NCBI GenBank assembly: GCA_965223265.1
Contig: OZ244999.1
Coordinates: 6,240,001-6,304,000, forward strand
Source of the DNA: Planctomycetota bacterium
GTDB lineage: Bacteria > Planctomycetota > UBA8108 > SXIK01
Direction of reading: 5' to 3'
DNA length: 64,000 nt
The translations under genes and the position numbers were made by a program. Of this stretch, positions 28,916 through 38,965 are shown piece after piece. The notes under the pieces are model-generated. The model ran no database searches and was not told the origin of the DNA. It worked only from the letters and a program-made list of their open reading frames with translations. The stretch's first letter is position 1. Every line of letters starts with the position of its first letter.

Positions 28916-29257
28916 GTGGCGATCAAACTGACGGAAAAGGCAGTCGAAGAGCTCAAGAAGATCATGGATCAGGAAGTGGCGAGCGCGAATCTCGCCGAAG
29001 ACGCGGCCCTGAGAGTCATGGTCGTCGGTGGCGGCTGCTCCGGTTTCACGTACAAGATGGGTTTCGACGAGTCCATCAAGGACGAGGATTGCGTCGAAGA
29101 CATCGCCGGCGTCAAAGTCGTGGTCGACCAGAAGAGCCAGCTCTACCTCGATGGCGTTGAAGTCGATTTTCACGATGGCTTGATGGGACGCGGATTCGTC
29201 TTCAACAATCCGAACGCCACGGGAACTTGCGGCTGTGGCGAGTCATTCTCCGTCTGA
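28916..29257 (+). CDS. iscA: HesB/IscA-family Fe-S cluster carrier
   Basis: IKLTEKAV, GGGCSGFTY, FNNPNATGTCGCGESF. Confidence 0.9.
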   Translation: MAIKLTEKAVEELKKIMDQEVASANLAEDAALRVMVVGGGCSGFTYKMGFDESIKDEDCVEDIAGVKVVVDQKSQLYLDGVEVDFHDGLMGRGFVFNNPNATGTCGCGESFSV

Positions 29258-29819
29258 GTCGACTGAGCAGCGAGAGTTCGCGGTTCTCGTCGTTCTCGTT
29301 CCCCACGGCGGCGAGGAATGCGTGCTGCTGACGAAGCGCCCCGACCACCTGAAGCGATACGCGGGTCAGGTGGCGCTGCCCGGTGGTGCCTTTGAACCGA
29401 CGGATGAGTCTCTGCAGTTCACCGCGCTACGCGAGACGCACGAGGAGGTCGGGATCCCGCCCGAGGCCGTCGAGATCTACCGCGAACTCGACTGGCAGCG
29501 CACCACGCTGGGCCACGCGGTCAAGCCGTTCGTGGGGCGCGTCCGGCAACCAGTCACTTTGATCCCGGACGCCGACGAGGTGGAGACGATCCTCTATCTA
29601 CCCGTAGAGCGCATCTCGCCAAGGCTGTTCGAGGTGGGCGTCACACGCGGCGACGCGGCCACCGCGTCAGAGGTGCCACCTCGGCAACGAGCGCCCAGCC
29701 TCGCCTCCGAGTTCCTCCGCTTCTCGCTCGATGGACACGTCGTCTGGGGACTCACGGCTCGTATCCTCCACGCTGCGTTCATCGCTCAGGAGGACGGCTC
29801 CTGTGGTGCAGCAGGGTAG
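29235..29819 (+). CDS. Nudix hydrolase, CoA pyrophosphatase-like
   Basis: LLTKR, GQVALPGG, ALRETHEEVG, VWGLTARIL; start uncertain. Confidence 0.88.
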   Translation: MASHSPSESTEQREFAVLVVLVPHGGEECVLLTKRPDHLKRYAGQVALPGGAFEPTDESLQFTALRETHEEVGIPPEAVEIYRELDWQRTTLGHAVKPFVGRVRQPVTLIPDADEVETILYLPVERISPRLFEVGVTRGDAATASEVPPRQRAPSLASEFLRFSLDGHVVWGLTARILHAAFIAQEDGSCGAAG

Positions 29820-30022
29820 TCCGTTTCGCCGCGGGTGCACACGAAGGCCGGGCAAGGGATCGCCTGCCTCGCTCGGGTAGCTTGCGACTCCCAATACAGA
29901 TTGCAGATCACCCGCGACCAGCGGGAGAACTTGCAAGAATCCCGCTCAGTTTCTCTGGACTCGAGGCTATCATGGCGCCCCTTACAGGAACAGCGAACCG
30001 ACTTCCAGCGAGTTTCTGCCGC

Positions 30023-31345
30023 ATGTCCAAGAACGCGCCACGAATCCTCAAGGGGTTCCGAGACTACCTCCCGGAGAGAATGATCCCCCGGTCCAGGATG
30101 CTCGCCACGATCGAGGGCACCTTTCAACGTTTCGGATTTCCTCCGCTGGCGACGCCAGCGCTCGAGTATCTGGAAACGCTGACGGGCAAATATGGCGACG
30201 AGGGTGAGAACCTCCTCTATCGCTTTACTGACCACGGCGATCGCGAGGTCGCGCTGCGATACGATTTGACCGTACCTCTCGCCAGGGTCGTGGCTCAGTA
30301 CAACGTAACGCTACCTTTCCGCCGCTATCAGATCGCACCGGTCTGGCGCGCTGAGAAGCCACAGCGGGGTCGATTTCGAGAGTTTGTGCAGTGCGACGCT
30401 GACATCGTCGGTAGCTATGACATGACCGCGGACGCAGAGCTTGTCCAGCTCGCCTGTGAGCTTCTCTCTGCCCTGGGGGTCGATCAATTCGAGGTGCGGA
30501 TCAACAACCGCAAGATTCTGAGCGGCCTCATGGAAAGCATCGGTGTGACCGCGGCGAGCGTGGAGATGGGCATTCTCCGCACGATCGACAAACTGCCGAA
30601 GATTGGCCGCGACAAGACGGCGGCGCTACTCGAGAGTGAAAACCGGCTCACCGGCGAACAAATCGACAAAGTGTTCGAGTTTCTGGAACTCAGCGGGACG
30701 GCCGACGAAGTCGTCGCACGCCTGACGGCGCTCTTTCCGTCCGGCCCCGGCGCTGCCGGCGCCGCGGAGCTGCGCCAAGTTCTCGACATGGCCGCCGCCG
30801 CAGGGTCGGAGGGAAACGTCGTGATCGATCTCTCGATCGCGCGCGGACTCAACTACTATACCGGCACGATCTACGAGACCTTCCTGACCGATTTATCGGG
30901 GTTCGGAGCTGTCATGGGCGGCGGGCGCTACGACGGCCTCATAGGGCTCATGAAGTCCGAGGAGATCCCTGGCGTTGGCATCAGCCTTGGGATCGATCGC
31001 CTCCTCGAGGGCCTGGTGGAGCTGAAGTTGCTGCAAGAGTCTGAGGCGATCGCGGCGGTTCTGGTGACGTCGTTTGGTCCGGAAACGGCGACCTACACCA
31101 CCAAAGTGGCGAGTATGCTGCGGCGCGCCGGCGTCACGTGCGAAGTGTTTCCCAGTTACGCAAAGCTGGCCAAACAGTTCAAGTACGCCAATCGGCGCGG
31201 CCAAGTTTGGGTCGTCGTCGCCGGTCCAGAAGAAGCGGGGAAGGGTGAAGCGACGCTGAAAAACCTGACGACGGGCCAGCAGGAACCCATGCCGCTCTCG
31301 CAGCTCGTCGAGCGTCTCGTGCGCGAGACCGTCGAAACGGCGTAG
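30023..31345 (+). CDS. hisS: Histidine--tRNA ligase
   Basis: KGFRDYLP, ALRYDLTVPLAR, WRAEKPQRGRFREFVQCD, ARGLNYYTG, GGGRYD. Confidence 0.97.
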   Translation: MSKNAPRILKGFRDYLPERMIPRSRMLATIEGTFQRFGFPPLATPALEYLETLTGKYGDEGENLLYRFTDHGDREVALRYDLTVPLARVVAQYNVTLPFRRYQIAPVWRAEKPQRGRFREFVQCDADIVGSYDMTADAELVQLACELLSALGVDQFEVRINNRKILSGLMESIGVTAASVEMGILRTIDKLPKIGRDKTAALLESENRLTGEQIDKVFEFLELSGTADEVVARLTALFPSGPGAAGAAELRQVLDMAAAAGSEGNVVIDLSIARGLNYYTGTIYETFLTDLSGFGAVMGGGRYDGLIGLMKSEEIPGVGISLGIDRLLEGLVELKLLQESEAIAAVLVTSFGPETATYTTKVASMLRRAGVTCEVFPSYAKLAKQFKYANRRGQVWVVVAGPEEAGKGEATLKNLTTGQQEPMPLSQLVERLVRETVETA

Positions 31346-31467
31346 GGCATTCACAGCTGCTCGGGATCACGCCGAACGATCAGCCCTTGAGCCCGTCAAC
31401 CGCGCCGCTCTCGGCATCGGGAAAACCCGGATAGGCACGTCTGTGGCTAGGTGGTAGAGTTGCCATC

Positions 31468-32220
31468 ATGAACTCTCAAGTCACGGTTATCGCACATAGA
31501 GGGGCGTCCCGGAGGACTCCAGAGAACACGCTTGCTGCGATTCGCGCAGCGGTGAAAGACGGCGCCGACATGGTGGAAGTCGACGTCCAAATGACGCGGG
31601 ACCGCGCTCTCGTGCTGCTGCACGACAGCCGCCTCGAGCGCACGACCGACGGTGCGGGCTTCGTCGCTGGAATGTCGTCGTTCGACTTGGCGAAGCTCGA
31701 TGCCGGTGCCTGGAAAGATTTGAGATTCGCCGGCGAGCGCATTCCGCTGTTAGCCGAAGCCCTCGAGGCGACGCCGGATGGCGTACGGATCAATCTCGAC
31801 TTGAAACCGACATCCGAACGCGAAACGCTCCTCGAGGCGTTGCTCCCGATCGTCAACCGCGAGAACGTCAAGAAACGTCTACTGCTCGCCACATCTGATG
31901 CAGTCCTCCTTCGCGAACTCGTCCCGCTCGGATTCTCGACTGCGCTCATCACCGATCACCACGGTCATGGCCCACTTCGGACACGCGCGGCCGTCGAGTT
32001 GACGCGGGAAATCGGCTGCGTCGCGTGGCATCCCAACTGCGATACGCTGACCCCTGGCTGCGTTCGCTACGCCCATGCGTGCGGGCTCAAGGTGAACACC
32101 TGGACGGTCGACAACCCCATCGCCATGCTGCAGTTGCTGGCCTGGGGCGTCGACGGAATCTTCACGAACACCCCGCGCACGCTCAGGTCGATCCTTCAGC
32201 TCCGCCCCGGTCTGTCGTAA
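31468..32220 (+). CDS. glpQ: Glycerophosphodiester phosphodiesterase
   Basis: IAHRGAS, PENTLAA, EVDVQMT, HDSRLERTT, WTVD, GVDGIFTN. Confidence 0.88.
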   Translation: MNSQVTVIAHRGASRRTPENTLAAIRAAVKDGADMVEVDVQMTRDRALVLLHDSRLERTTDGAGFVAGMSSFDLAKLDAGAWKDLRFAGERIPLLAEALEATPDGVRINLDLKPTSERETLLEALLPIVNRENVKKRLLLATSDAVLLRELVPLGFSTALITDHHGHGPLRTRAAVELTREIGCVAWHPNCDTLTPGCVRYAHACGLKVNTWTVDNPIAMLQLLAWGVDGIFTNTPRTLRSILQLRPGLS

Positions 32221-32345
32221 ACGATCGCCGGTCCTCGCAGCTAGCCCGTCGTACCGTGTGCGACCGAGCACCGCGCGCTAACATCGCCCATCGCCGCAAA
32301 CGCGAATGCCGATTCGGCGGCGCCACGTGGCCGGAGACCGGGCTC

Positions 32346-33815
32346 TCACCCAGACACGTCGCTGTCGGCTATGCGGTGCAGCTTGATAAAGTTCGTGCCT
32401 CTCGACTCTTGAAGCGGCAAGCCTCCGGCGACGACGATGACGGCACCAGGTTTCACGACCTCTTCTCGGCGCAGCTGCGTCTCCGCCATGGCCAGGACGT
32501 CCTCGATGTGCTGCGGCGTCGCTGCACAAGCTCGGGCTTCGACACCCCAGCAGAGCGCTATCCGACGCAGGAGCGCTGGGTCGCTGCTGAACGCAAAGAC
32601 CGGGACACGCGGTCGCCCTGCAGCGATGAGGCGCGCTGTCGTGCCGCCTTGCGTGTAGACGACGATCGCGTCGGCACCGATGGACTCGCTGGCGAGTGCG
32701 GCAACCTCGCCCGTCGCCTCCGAGATCGACGGTGCCTTCGCCGAGACCGCAGTTTGCGGCCGCTGGCGGTGAATCTCATCCTCGACCTCAGCCAGAATGC
32801 GCGCGGCCATCGACACCGCTTCAAGAGGATACTTTCCGATCGCCGTCTCCCCGGAGAGCATGACGGCGTCGGTCCCATCATAGACGGCGTTGGCGATATC
32901 CGACGCTTCGGCGCGCGTCGGCACCGGCAGCTCGATCATGCTCTCAAGCATGTGCGTCGCCGTGATCACCGGCCGACGATACCGGCGTGCGAGCGCGATC
33001 ATGCGCTTCTGCGCTACGGGCACTTTCTCGGGTGAGAGTTCGACGCCCAAGTCGCCACGAGCGACCATGATGCCATACGCAACGTCGAGAATATTGCGGA
33101 GATCGTCGATCGCTTCAGGCTTCTCAATCTTGGCGATGAGGGGGATGTTGGCCCCAAGCGCCTCCTGGGCGCGTTGAGCGACCCGCAAATCGGACGCCGA
33201 TCGCACGAACGAGATGGCGATAAAATCAACTGCGTTGCGCACGCCAACTTCGAGATCGTGAAGATCCTTTGCGGTGAGCGCCGGGAGATCCGACGTCTGC
33301 GTGTCCGGCAGGTGGACACCCTTACGATCGCTCACCGTACCGCCGACCTCGACGCGCACCCGCCACGCATCGGCGCCGCGCTCGATGACTCGTAGCCGCA
33401 CCCGGCCGTCGTCGATCAGGAGGCGTTCATCTGTCGTCAGCTGGCTGAGAGCGGCTGGCGGCGTGATGCAGATACACTCCGACGTCGTGGGGGCATCTTG
33501 AGCCCGGACGAGGATCTCACCGCCGGTCGCCAGATCGACCGCACCGTCGGCACACTGAGTGGTGCGAATCTTGGTCCCCTGGAGATCCTGAAGTATCGCG
33601 ACGTGACGATCAAGCTCAGAAGAAACCTCGCGGACGAGAGTGATCGCCCTTTCATGTCCCTCTGTCGTACCGTGCGAAAAGTTGAGGCGAAAGACATCAA
33701 CCCCAGCTTCGATCAAACGCGCGACCATACTCGGCGACGAAGTCGCTGGCCCCAAAGTCGCGACGATCTTCGTGCTTTGTACCTCGGCGCTATCTCTCGC
33801 TCGACGCATGATCAC
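32346..33815 (-). CDS. pyk: Pyruvate kinase
   Basis: TKIVATLGPAT, RLNFSHG, IAKIEK, MVARGDLGVE, PTRAEASD, DAVMLSGETA. Confidence 0.97.
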   Translation of the reverse strand: MIMRRARDSAEVQSTKIVATLGPATSSPSMVARLIEAGVDVFRLNFSHGTTEGHERAITLVREVSSELDRHVAILQDLQGTKIRTTQCADGAVDLATGGEILVRAQDAPTTSECICITPPAALSQLTTDERLLIDDGRVRLRVIERGADAWRVRVEVGGTVSDRKGVHLPDTQTSDLPALTAKDLHDLEVGVRNAVDFIAISFVRSASDLRVAQRAQEALGANIPLIAKIEKPEAIDDLRNILDVAYGIMVARGDLGVELSPEKVPVAQKRMIALARRYRRPVITATHMLESMIELPVPTRAEASDIANAVYDGTDAVMLSGETAIGKYPLEAVSMAARILAEVEDEIHRQRPQTAVSAKAPSISEATGEVAALASESIGADAIVVYTQGGTTARLIAAGRPRVPVFAFSSDPALLRRIALCWGVEARACAATPQHIEDVLAMAETQLRREEVVKPGAVIVVAGGLPLQESRGTNFIKLHRIADSDVSG

Positions 33816-33848
33816 CCGAGCCTGACTTCTCTCCTCAAGCGGACGCTC

Positions 33849-34958
33849 TTACTTCCTACCATGATCTGGCGAGGAAGTCTCACCTTGAGGTGGAAGCAGA
33901 CCCAATTTGATCAGCACGTTCCTGAGACCTTCAACGCGCCGCGAGCGCTCCTCGTCGTCGATCTCCGGCGCCGCGACAGCAGAGAGGTTTCGAGCGACTT
34001 CCCGGTGGGCGTTAGGGAGGGACGCGTTAAGTCTCATCGATGGCCACGCGAGCCAGAGCGCAACGCAAGCACCAGCCGCGAAGCTGACGAGAGTGGCAAC
34101 AGGGAGCAGCCCAGCGCTCTCCCGCGCATCGCTCGGCGGCCGCTGCACACCATCGAGCGCTGCGTCGACATCGCTGGGCACCTCGACGCGAACGAGCACG
34201 GTCGTGATGTTGTCCGGTCCCCCCGCCGCTCTCGCGAGCTCGATGAGTTGACTGCAAGCACTTTCGAGATCGTCGTGATTTTCAAGAACCTCTTGGATCT
34301 GCGCGGACGAAACTTGCTCGTGAAGTCCGTCGCTCGAGAGCAGAAAAATATCGCCATGCCGTAGCCCCACAATTTCCAACAGATCCACTTCGACGTCCTC
34401 GCGTAGCCCTAGGCCACGCGTGAGAATATTGCGCTGAAAGGAGTACTGCGGCGAGTCTGCATCGATTTCCCCACGATCCAAGAGTTCGCGCACCAGCGAA
34501 TGATCACGCGTCACCTGCTCGAGGCGGCCTCCCGTGAGCATGTAGGCTCGACTATCGCCGACTTGAGCGACAACGGCACGCCGGTCAAGAATCGTCATCG
34601 CCGTGACGGTCGACCCCATCGGCTTGCCGGATCCACTCGTCGCCGCTTGCGCGAAAATCGCCGCGTTTGCCTCGATCGTAGCCGTCTCCAAGCTGACGCG
34701 GGGGCCAGAGCGGTACGAATAGTAGAGACGCCGAATCACATCCACGGCAGTCCGGCTGGCGTCACCGCCGCTGGCAAGCCCGCCCATGCCGTCTGCTACC
34801 ATCACGAGGCGGCCCTTGCGCGCGAGTTCCTCTTCGTCCTCAGGCTCGTAACACAAAAACGAGTCCTGATTCTCCTTCCGGACACAACCGACATCAGTTG
34901 CGCCGTGCATCTGAATTGTCGTGGAATTCATGGGAGCGGTTTGACTGCGTGTCGTCAT
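33849..34958 (-). CDS. PP2C-family Ser/Thr phosphatase with C-terminal TM helix
   Basis: TDVGCVRKENQD, VADGMGG, VGDSRAY, TRDHS, SSDGL, GGPDNIT; TM LLPVATLVSFAAGACVALWLAW. Confidence 0.92.
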   Translation of the reverse strand: MTTRSQTAPMNSTTIQMHGATDVGCVRKENQDSFLCYEPEDEEELARKGRLVMVADGMGGLASGGDASRTAVDVIRRLYYSYRSGPRVSLETATIEANAAIFAQAATSGSGKPMGSTVTAMTILDRRAVVAQVGDSRAYMLTGGRLEQVTRDHSLVRELLDRGEIDADSPQYSFQRNILTRGLGLREDVEVDLLEIVGLRHGDIFLLSSDGLHEQVSSAQIQEVLENHDDLESACSQLIELARAAGGPDNITTVLVRVEVPSDVDAALDGVQRPPSDARESAGLLPVATLVSFAAGACVALWLAWPSMRLNASLPNAHREVARNLSAVAAPEIDDEERSRRVEGLRNVLIKLGLLPPQGETSSPDHGRK

Positions 34959-35027
34959 CTCTGTGGTCGAAGCAAATATCCGCCGAACAACTGCATCACG
35001 CTGAGATTCGATCCAAACGGGCAGACA

Positions 35028-35612
35028 TCAATCCTCGATCGACCTGCCGGAATCCCAGAGAACATGACCGCGATAGCGACGTCTAGGAACAGGGGCCTTC
35101 CATCCTTCTTCGGATTGCGGCACGACTACCTGCAACCGAGTCTGCAGAGGGATCAATTCGGGCGGGATCGCGTGCTGAGAATCGTCCGGCGGGAAACGTT
35201 CTCGGCCCCACAGAATGGCGACTGCCGGCGCCCGGCTAACGCCCAATGTCAGGCTTCCATCGCGGTCGGGATGAAAAAGATAACCCGTCCAAAGCCGAGG
35301 CTCGTGACCCCACGTGGACCTCCACCAGGCGACGAACTCTTCGCGGCTTCCAGCGCCCCGACGCTGCGGCGCTGCGAGCTGGGCTTCGGCCTCCGATTCG
35401 GCGAGCAGTGGCGAGAGCCAACGCAGCGCAATGTCAGCGACGAGCTGATCACCGGCGATGCCCTTCAGTCGGTCCGTCTGTCGAGAGACGGCGCGAACCT
35501 GTTCGCTAGCGACCGAGAGTATCGGCTCTAAAAGCTCGGGATGCGCTCGATAATACGTCGGCAGAAGCGCACTGAGCCCAGCCTCGTTATCGGCGCTTCG
35601 TCTTTGAATCAT
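35028..35612 (-). CDS. Contractile-tail baseplate wedge protein, P2 gpI-like (diverged)
   Basis: LSALLPTYYR...LEPILS...TDRL...ALRWLS resembles the tail protein I N-terminus (LLP..YR...FL...IDRL...LPWLA); follows baseplate J. Confidence 0.55.
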   Translation of the reverse strand: MIQRRSADNEAGLSALLPTYYRAHPELLEPILSVASEQVRAVSRQTDRLKGIAGDQLVADIALRWLSPLLAESEAEAQLAAPQRRGAGSREEFVAWWRSTWGHEPRLWTGYLFHPDRDGSLTLGVSRAPAVAILWGRERFPPDDSQHAIPPELIPLQTRLQVVVPQSEEGWKAPVPRRRYRGHVLWDSGRSIED

Positions 35613-35702
35613 CTCCCACCACCTCGCGACAAGCGATCGGACCCACCCATTCGCGCGCGTCGCTCGCGACCGTTTTCGCTCGCCCTACTTTGTGACATGG
35701 CT

Positions 35703-38294
35703 TTACTCCGGCCCGTTTCCGGTAAAGACCAACTCTTCCAGGCGCGGAAAGAAAACGTAACCGTCGTCGACTCTTCCAGGCGAGCACCACGCGGGCGGCA
35801 CGGTCGCGCCTGGCACGCGCAACTCCGTCAACCACGCCGCGGCATCGAAACCTTCCAAGGCGCGGAGAATCGCGCCCCACTCCTCGACTCCCGGGCGCGC
35901 TCGACCTTCGCGGTGTCGAGGCAGCTGCGCGATCCAATCGCGGCGACAAATTCTTCCAAGCACGACACTCAGTCCTTCGTCGTCGAGCCATCCACGCGCC
36001 GGTAGACCAAGCCGGTCCTCACCGCCGGTCACTGGATCGAAGAATGCCTCAAGGCATGCAACCAGGGCTCGGCGTAGTGGGAGCGATGGGAGCTGTTCGC
36101 CCCCGGCAGGCGTCATCGACACCTCGACGGGCACGAAACCGGGTGCCGTCACCTCAACGAGCGTGCCCAGAGGCACCTTGCGGCCGAGTTCCTCAGCGAC
36201 ATCCTGGCGCAGACCAGGCGGCAACGGGCGGCGATCTCGACGCACGAGCGTGACGACAAGATAACCAAGTCGATCGCGCTGAGATGCCACTTCCACACGT
36301 GCCACTTCGGGGATGTACGCCTTGCAGAAGTGAGCAATATCCTCGGCGGTGACAACACGGCGAGACATTCTCAAGTCACAGACGGCGCGGCGGCGAAAAC
36401 ATTGACTCGACTCCGCATCTGCCCCACCGCTTGTCGCGAGCGGCTGCACCACCTGAGTCACACCCGGCAAATCACCCTCAAGAACTCGAATCGACTCAAC
36501 CGAACGGTTGCCAAGAGCACCTTGCGTCAGCAAAACGCGCGGCAATCGCAGCATCCGCCGGCCTCGCCACATCGCGCTCAGGTCGAGCTCGAGAGTGCCA
36601 TCGCGGCGGCGATGAAGTCTGAAACGGCCGCCACTCTGCGGAACCTCCGGCGTCGCGGGTTCATCTGTGTCGGCTGCGCCGGGAAGATCGCCAGCAGGGT
36701 CGACGTCGCCAGATCCCACAACGGTTTCGAGACGGTCACTAGCTCTTGGAATGCGCCGACAAGATCGCCACTCTCCTGTGTCGTCTTGAACGTCGATGAC
36801 GTCGAACTTGAGAGGCTGGCCGTCGTCGATCGGCAGAGTCACGCGGGCCTTGCCGCGCGCGTCGAGCTCAAGCTCGAATCGCACGTCGCGGTGCTCAGTT
36901 CGCTGCTGGACGACGGCCGCGTGGGGCAAAACGCGTCGCATACGGAGCGGCTCGCACACTGTCCCACCGACCCACCGCGCCCGGACCCAGACGAGTCGTT
37001 CGCCGTGAAGCTCGATCGGCGCCATATCCTCTTCCGCCGCCCAAGAGATCAAGCCCGGGCGCGAAAACCCCTGCGTGCCGTCACTGACGACGAATGGCTG
37101 GAAACCGTTGGGAGTGGAAATCTCCCACTTCAGCACGGCACCCCGAGTGAGCGCTCCATGCCAACCCGATGCACGCCCAACGTCGACGTAGACGCCAGCA
37201 GCGCAGCCGCGATCCCAACCGAAGTAGACGGCGGGGTCCTCGTCGTGAGGCAGCAGCGAAACGTCGAAGTGCCGCCGACCGAGGGAACCTGGCTGCGCTA
37301 CTAGTGAGGTCACCGAATGGTCTCCCCAAAGATCCTCATGGCACGTAAGGATTCTGACAACCGGCCGCGGGAACCGCCACGCACTGCTGTCGAGCTCTTC
37401 CACAGCGACAGGAGCTCCGCTCCCCGCCCATGACACCCACTGCGGCACAGTCAGCCGCACATCGCCGCGGTGCGGCAGCACGCATCGGATCCAGTACGAA
37501 GCCTGACAATCGACGGTGGCTTCGGTGAGGTCGAAGAGAGGGCCACACAGTTTCATGCGCAGCACCTTCTCCCCCCCGACGCCACGCGCTTCTTCCCATT
37601 CCACGGGGAGCGAACGCCAGCCACCTGTGGCGCTGAACTCCCACAACGCGCCGAGCAGCTGCTCACCGTCCATGCCCCACTCGAGCGTCAACTCCCCGAT
37701 GCGTGAACGGAGAATCGACAGGACAAGATCTCCAAGGTAAAGCCGTCGCTCATAGCTCTCCCGACCACCGAAGAGTTCGCATTCGCTTTCATTCCATCCG
37801 TGATGTGGATAGGGAATGATCTCGCGGCACGACTCGGCGCACGTCAGAACGACTCGCTTCAGCTCCGCGGTGCTGCACGGAGCGTCTGAGGTGGTAACGA
37901 AGGCCACATGAGGCTCCCCGGCAGCGCGAGCTGGAGCAACCATCGTTCCGGCCGGCACGTTGACTTCCCCCACCTCCTCGTCGACTCGAAAACAGACGAC
38001 ACCGTGTGCCGGCCGCGGTCCGAGAGGCTCCGCTCCGAGCAGTTCTAGAAGACGTGGATAGAGAGACTCTTCGATGGCGCCCGCCTCTGAGCTCAATCTT
38101 GCCAAGGATTCCGCGAAAACCTCCACGAGGACGCGGCGCGGATCATCTGGCCCGATCTCCGCCCAAGACGGGCTACGCTCCACGAGTCGCGATTCCATGT
38201 GCGCTAGAAACTCGCGCGCGGTGCTGGCGTCCAAGTCCGTCGAGAATTCCGTGGCACGCGGTGCGGCATGCGTTGGTCGCGGGTCAGAGGCCAT
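35703..38294 (-). CDS. Baseplate J-like assembly protein (Afp11/Pvc11-type)
   Basis: PSWAEIGPDDPRRVLVEVFA, LLELLG, VPAGT.V, WVRAR, TQGALGN, SGGADAES, RVVTAEDI, LEAFFDPVTGG. Confidence 0.85.
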   Translation of the reverse strand: MASDPRPTHAAPRATEFSTDLDASTAREFLAHMESRLVERSPSWAEIGPDDPRRVLVEVFAESLARLSSEAGAIEESLYPRLLELLGAEPLGPRPAHGVVCFRVDEEVGEVNVPAGTMVAPARAAGEPHVAFVTTSDAPCSTAELKRVVLTCAESCREIIPYPHHGWNESECELFGGRESYERRLYLGDLVLSILRSRIGELTLEWGMDGEQLLGALWEFSATGGWRSLPVEWEEARGVGGEKVLRMKLCGPLFDLTEATVDCQASYWIRCVLPHRGDVRLTVPQWVSWAGSGAPVAVEELDSSAWRFPRPVVRILTCHEDLWGDHSVTSLVAQPGSLGRRHFDVSLLPHDEDPAVYFGWDRGCAAGVYVDVGRASGWHGALTRGAVLKWEISTPNGFQPFVVSDGTQGFSRPGLISWAAEEDMAPIELHGERLVWVRARWVGGTVCEPLRMRRVLPHAAVVQQRTEHRDVRFELELDARGKARVTLPIDDGQPLKFDVIDVQDDTGEWRSCRRIPRASDRLETVVGSGDVDPAGDLPGAADTDEPATPEVPQSGGRFRLHRRRDGTLELDLSAMWRGRRMLRLPRVLLTQGALGNRSVESIRVLEGDLPGVTQVVQPLATSGGADAESSQCFRRRAVCDLRMSRRVVTAEDIAHFCKAYIPEVARVEVASQRDRLGYLVVTLVRRDRRPLPPGLRQDVAEELGRKVPLGTLVEVTAPGFVPVEVSMTPAGGEQLPSLPLRRALVACLEAFFDPVTGGEDRLGLPARGWLDDEGLSVVLGRICRRDWIAQLPRHREGRARPGVEEWGAILRALEGFDAAAWLTELRVPGATVPPAWCSPGRVDDGYVFFPRLEELVFTGNGPE

Positions 38295-38965
38295 CAGTCT
38301 TCCCCGTCTCGACCGCCGTCACTCGGCGATACCGGTCGATAGGATCGTCTCCGGCCCAAAGGCTGTTCTTCCGAGTCACCCCCGACTGAAGTCAGAAGTG
38401 GCAGTGAAAAAACCATCCTGCCTGCGACGCAGCTTAGAGAAACGCGAAGACGCCCGTCCGAGACGGGAGTCACCATCACGCGGCGGCAAAAGAGCTCCGG
38501 AACCCAGCGCTCCAACGCCTCTTCGATCAAAACAGCAGCCACCGCACGATCGTGTTTGCTCTCGACGCGCTGCATCTCGTGCACGCGGCAGCCAAACCCC
38601 GGCAGCAAGCGTCGCTCCCCAGTCGCAACCTCAAGAACCCCGCGGAGCCGCTGGATCACCTCGCGGTCGCCGCGCTCAGCATCGCCGAGAACGTTTCGAG
38701 GGACGACGCCGCGCAGCGCCTCCTCGAACGTCGATGTCACCGGGTCCAGGCGGTCGCGCGCTTCGTAGGTCGGTCCCGAACGATCGCGCTGAGAGGCTGA
38801 CGGTGCCGACACGACGTCTGCGGCATCATTGTCATTGATCCCGGGTGCTGGCTGAGGCCAAGACGCGTCGTGCGGCGCCTGACCCAAACGAACACCTGTT
38901 CCACGCGACACGCTGGAAGGAGTGTGAGTTGACTGATCCTCAGGCACTCTGCGCATAGCGCTCAT
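38294..38965 (-). CDS. GPW/gp25-family baseplate wedge (sheath initiator)
   Basis: IQRLRGVLEVATGERRLLPGFGC...IEEALERWVPEL matches gp25 (I..IL.T..GER.M.P.FG...I..AL..WEPRI); TGATG-coupled to baseplate J; start uncertain (38965, 38956 or 38740). Confidence 0.8.
   Translation of the reverse strand: MSAMRRVPEDQSTHTPSSVSRGTGVRLGQAPHDASWPQPAPGINDNDAADVVSAPSASQRDRSGPTYEARDRLDPVTSTFEEALRGVVPRNVLGDAERGDREVIQRLRGVLEVATGERRLLPGFGCRVHEMQRVESKHDRAVAAVLIEEALERWVPELFCRRVMVTPVSDGRLRVSLSCVAGRMVFSLPLLTSVGGDSEEQPLGRRRSYRPVSPSDGGRDGED

Noticed and set aside
38890-38910. TGGAAC-containing sigma54-like site inside the CIS operon
   Set aside because: Lacks the GC dinucleotide at the -12 position
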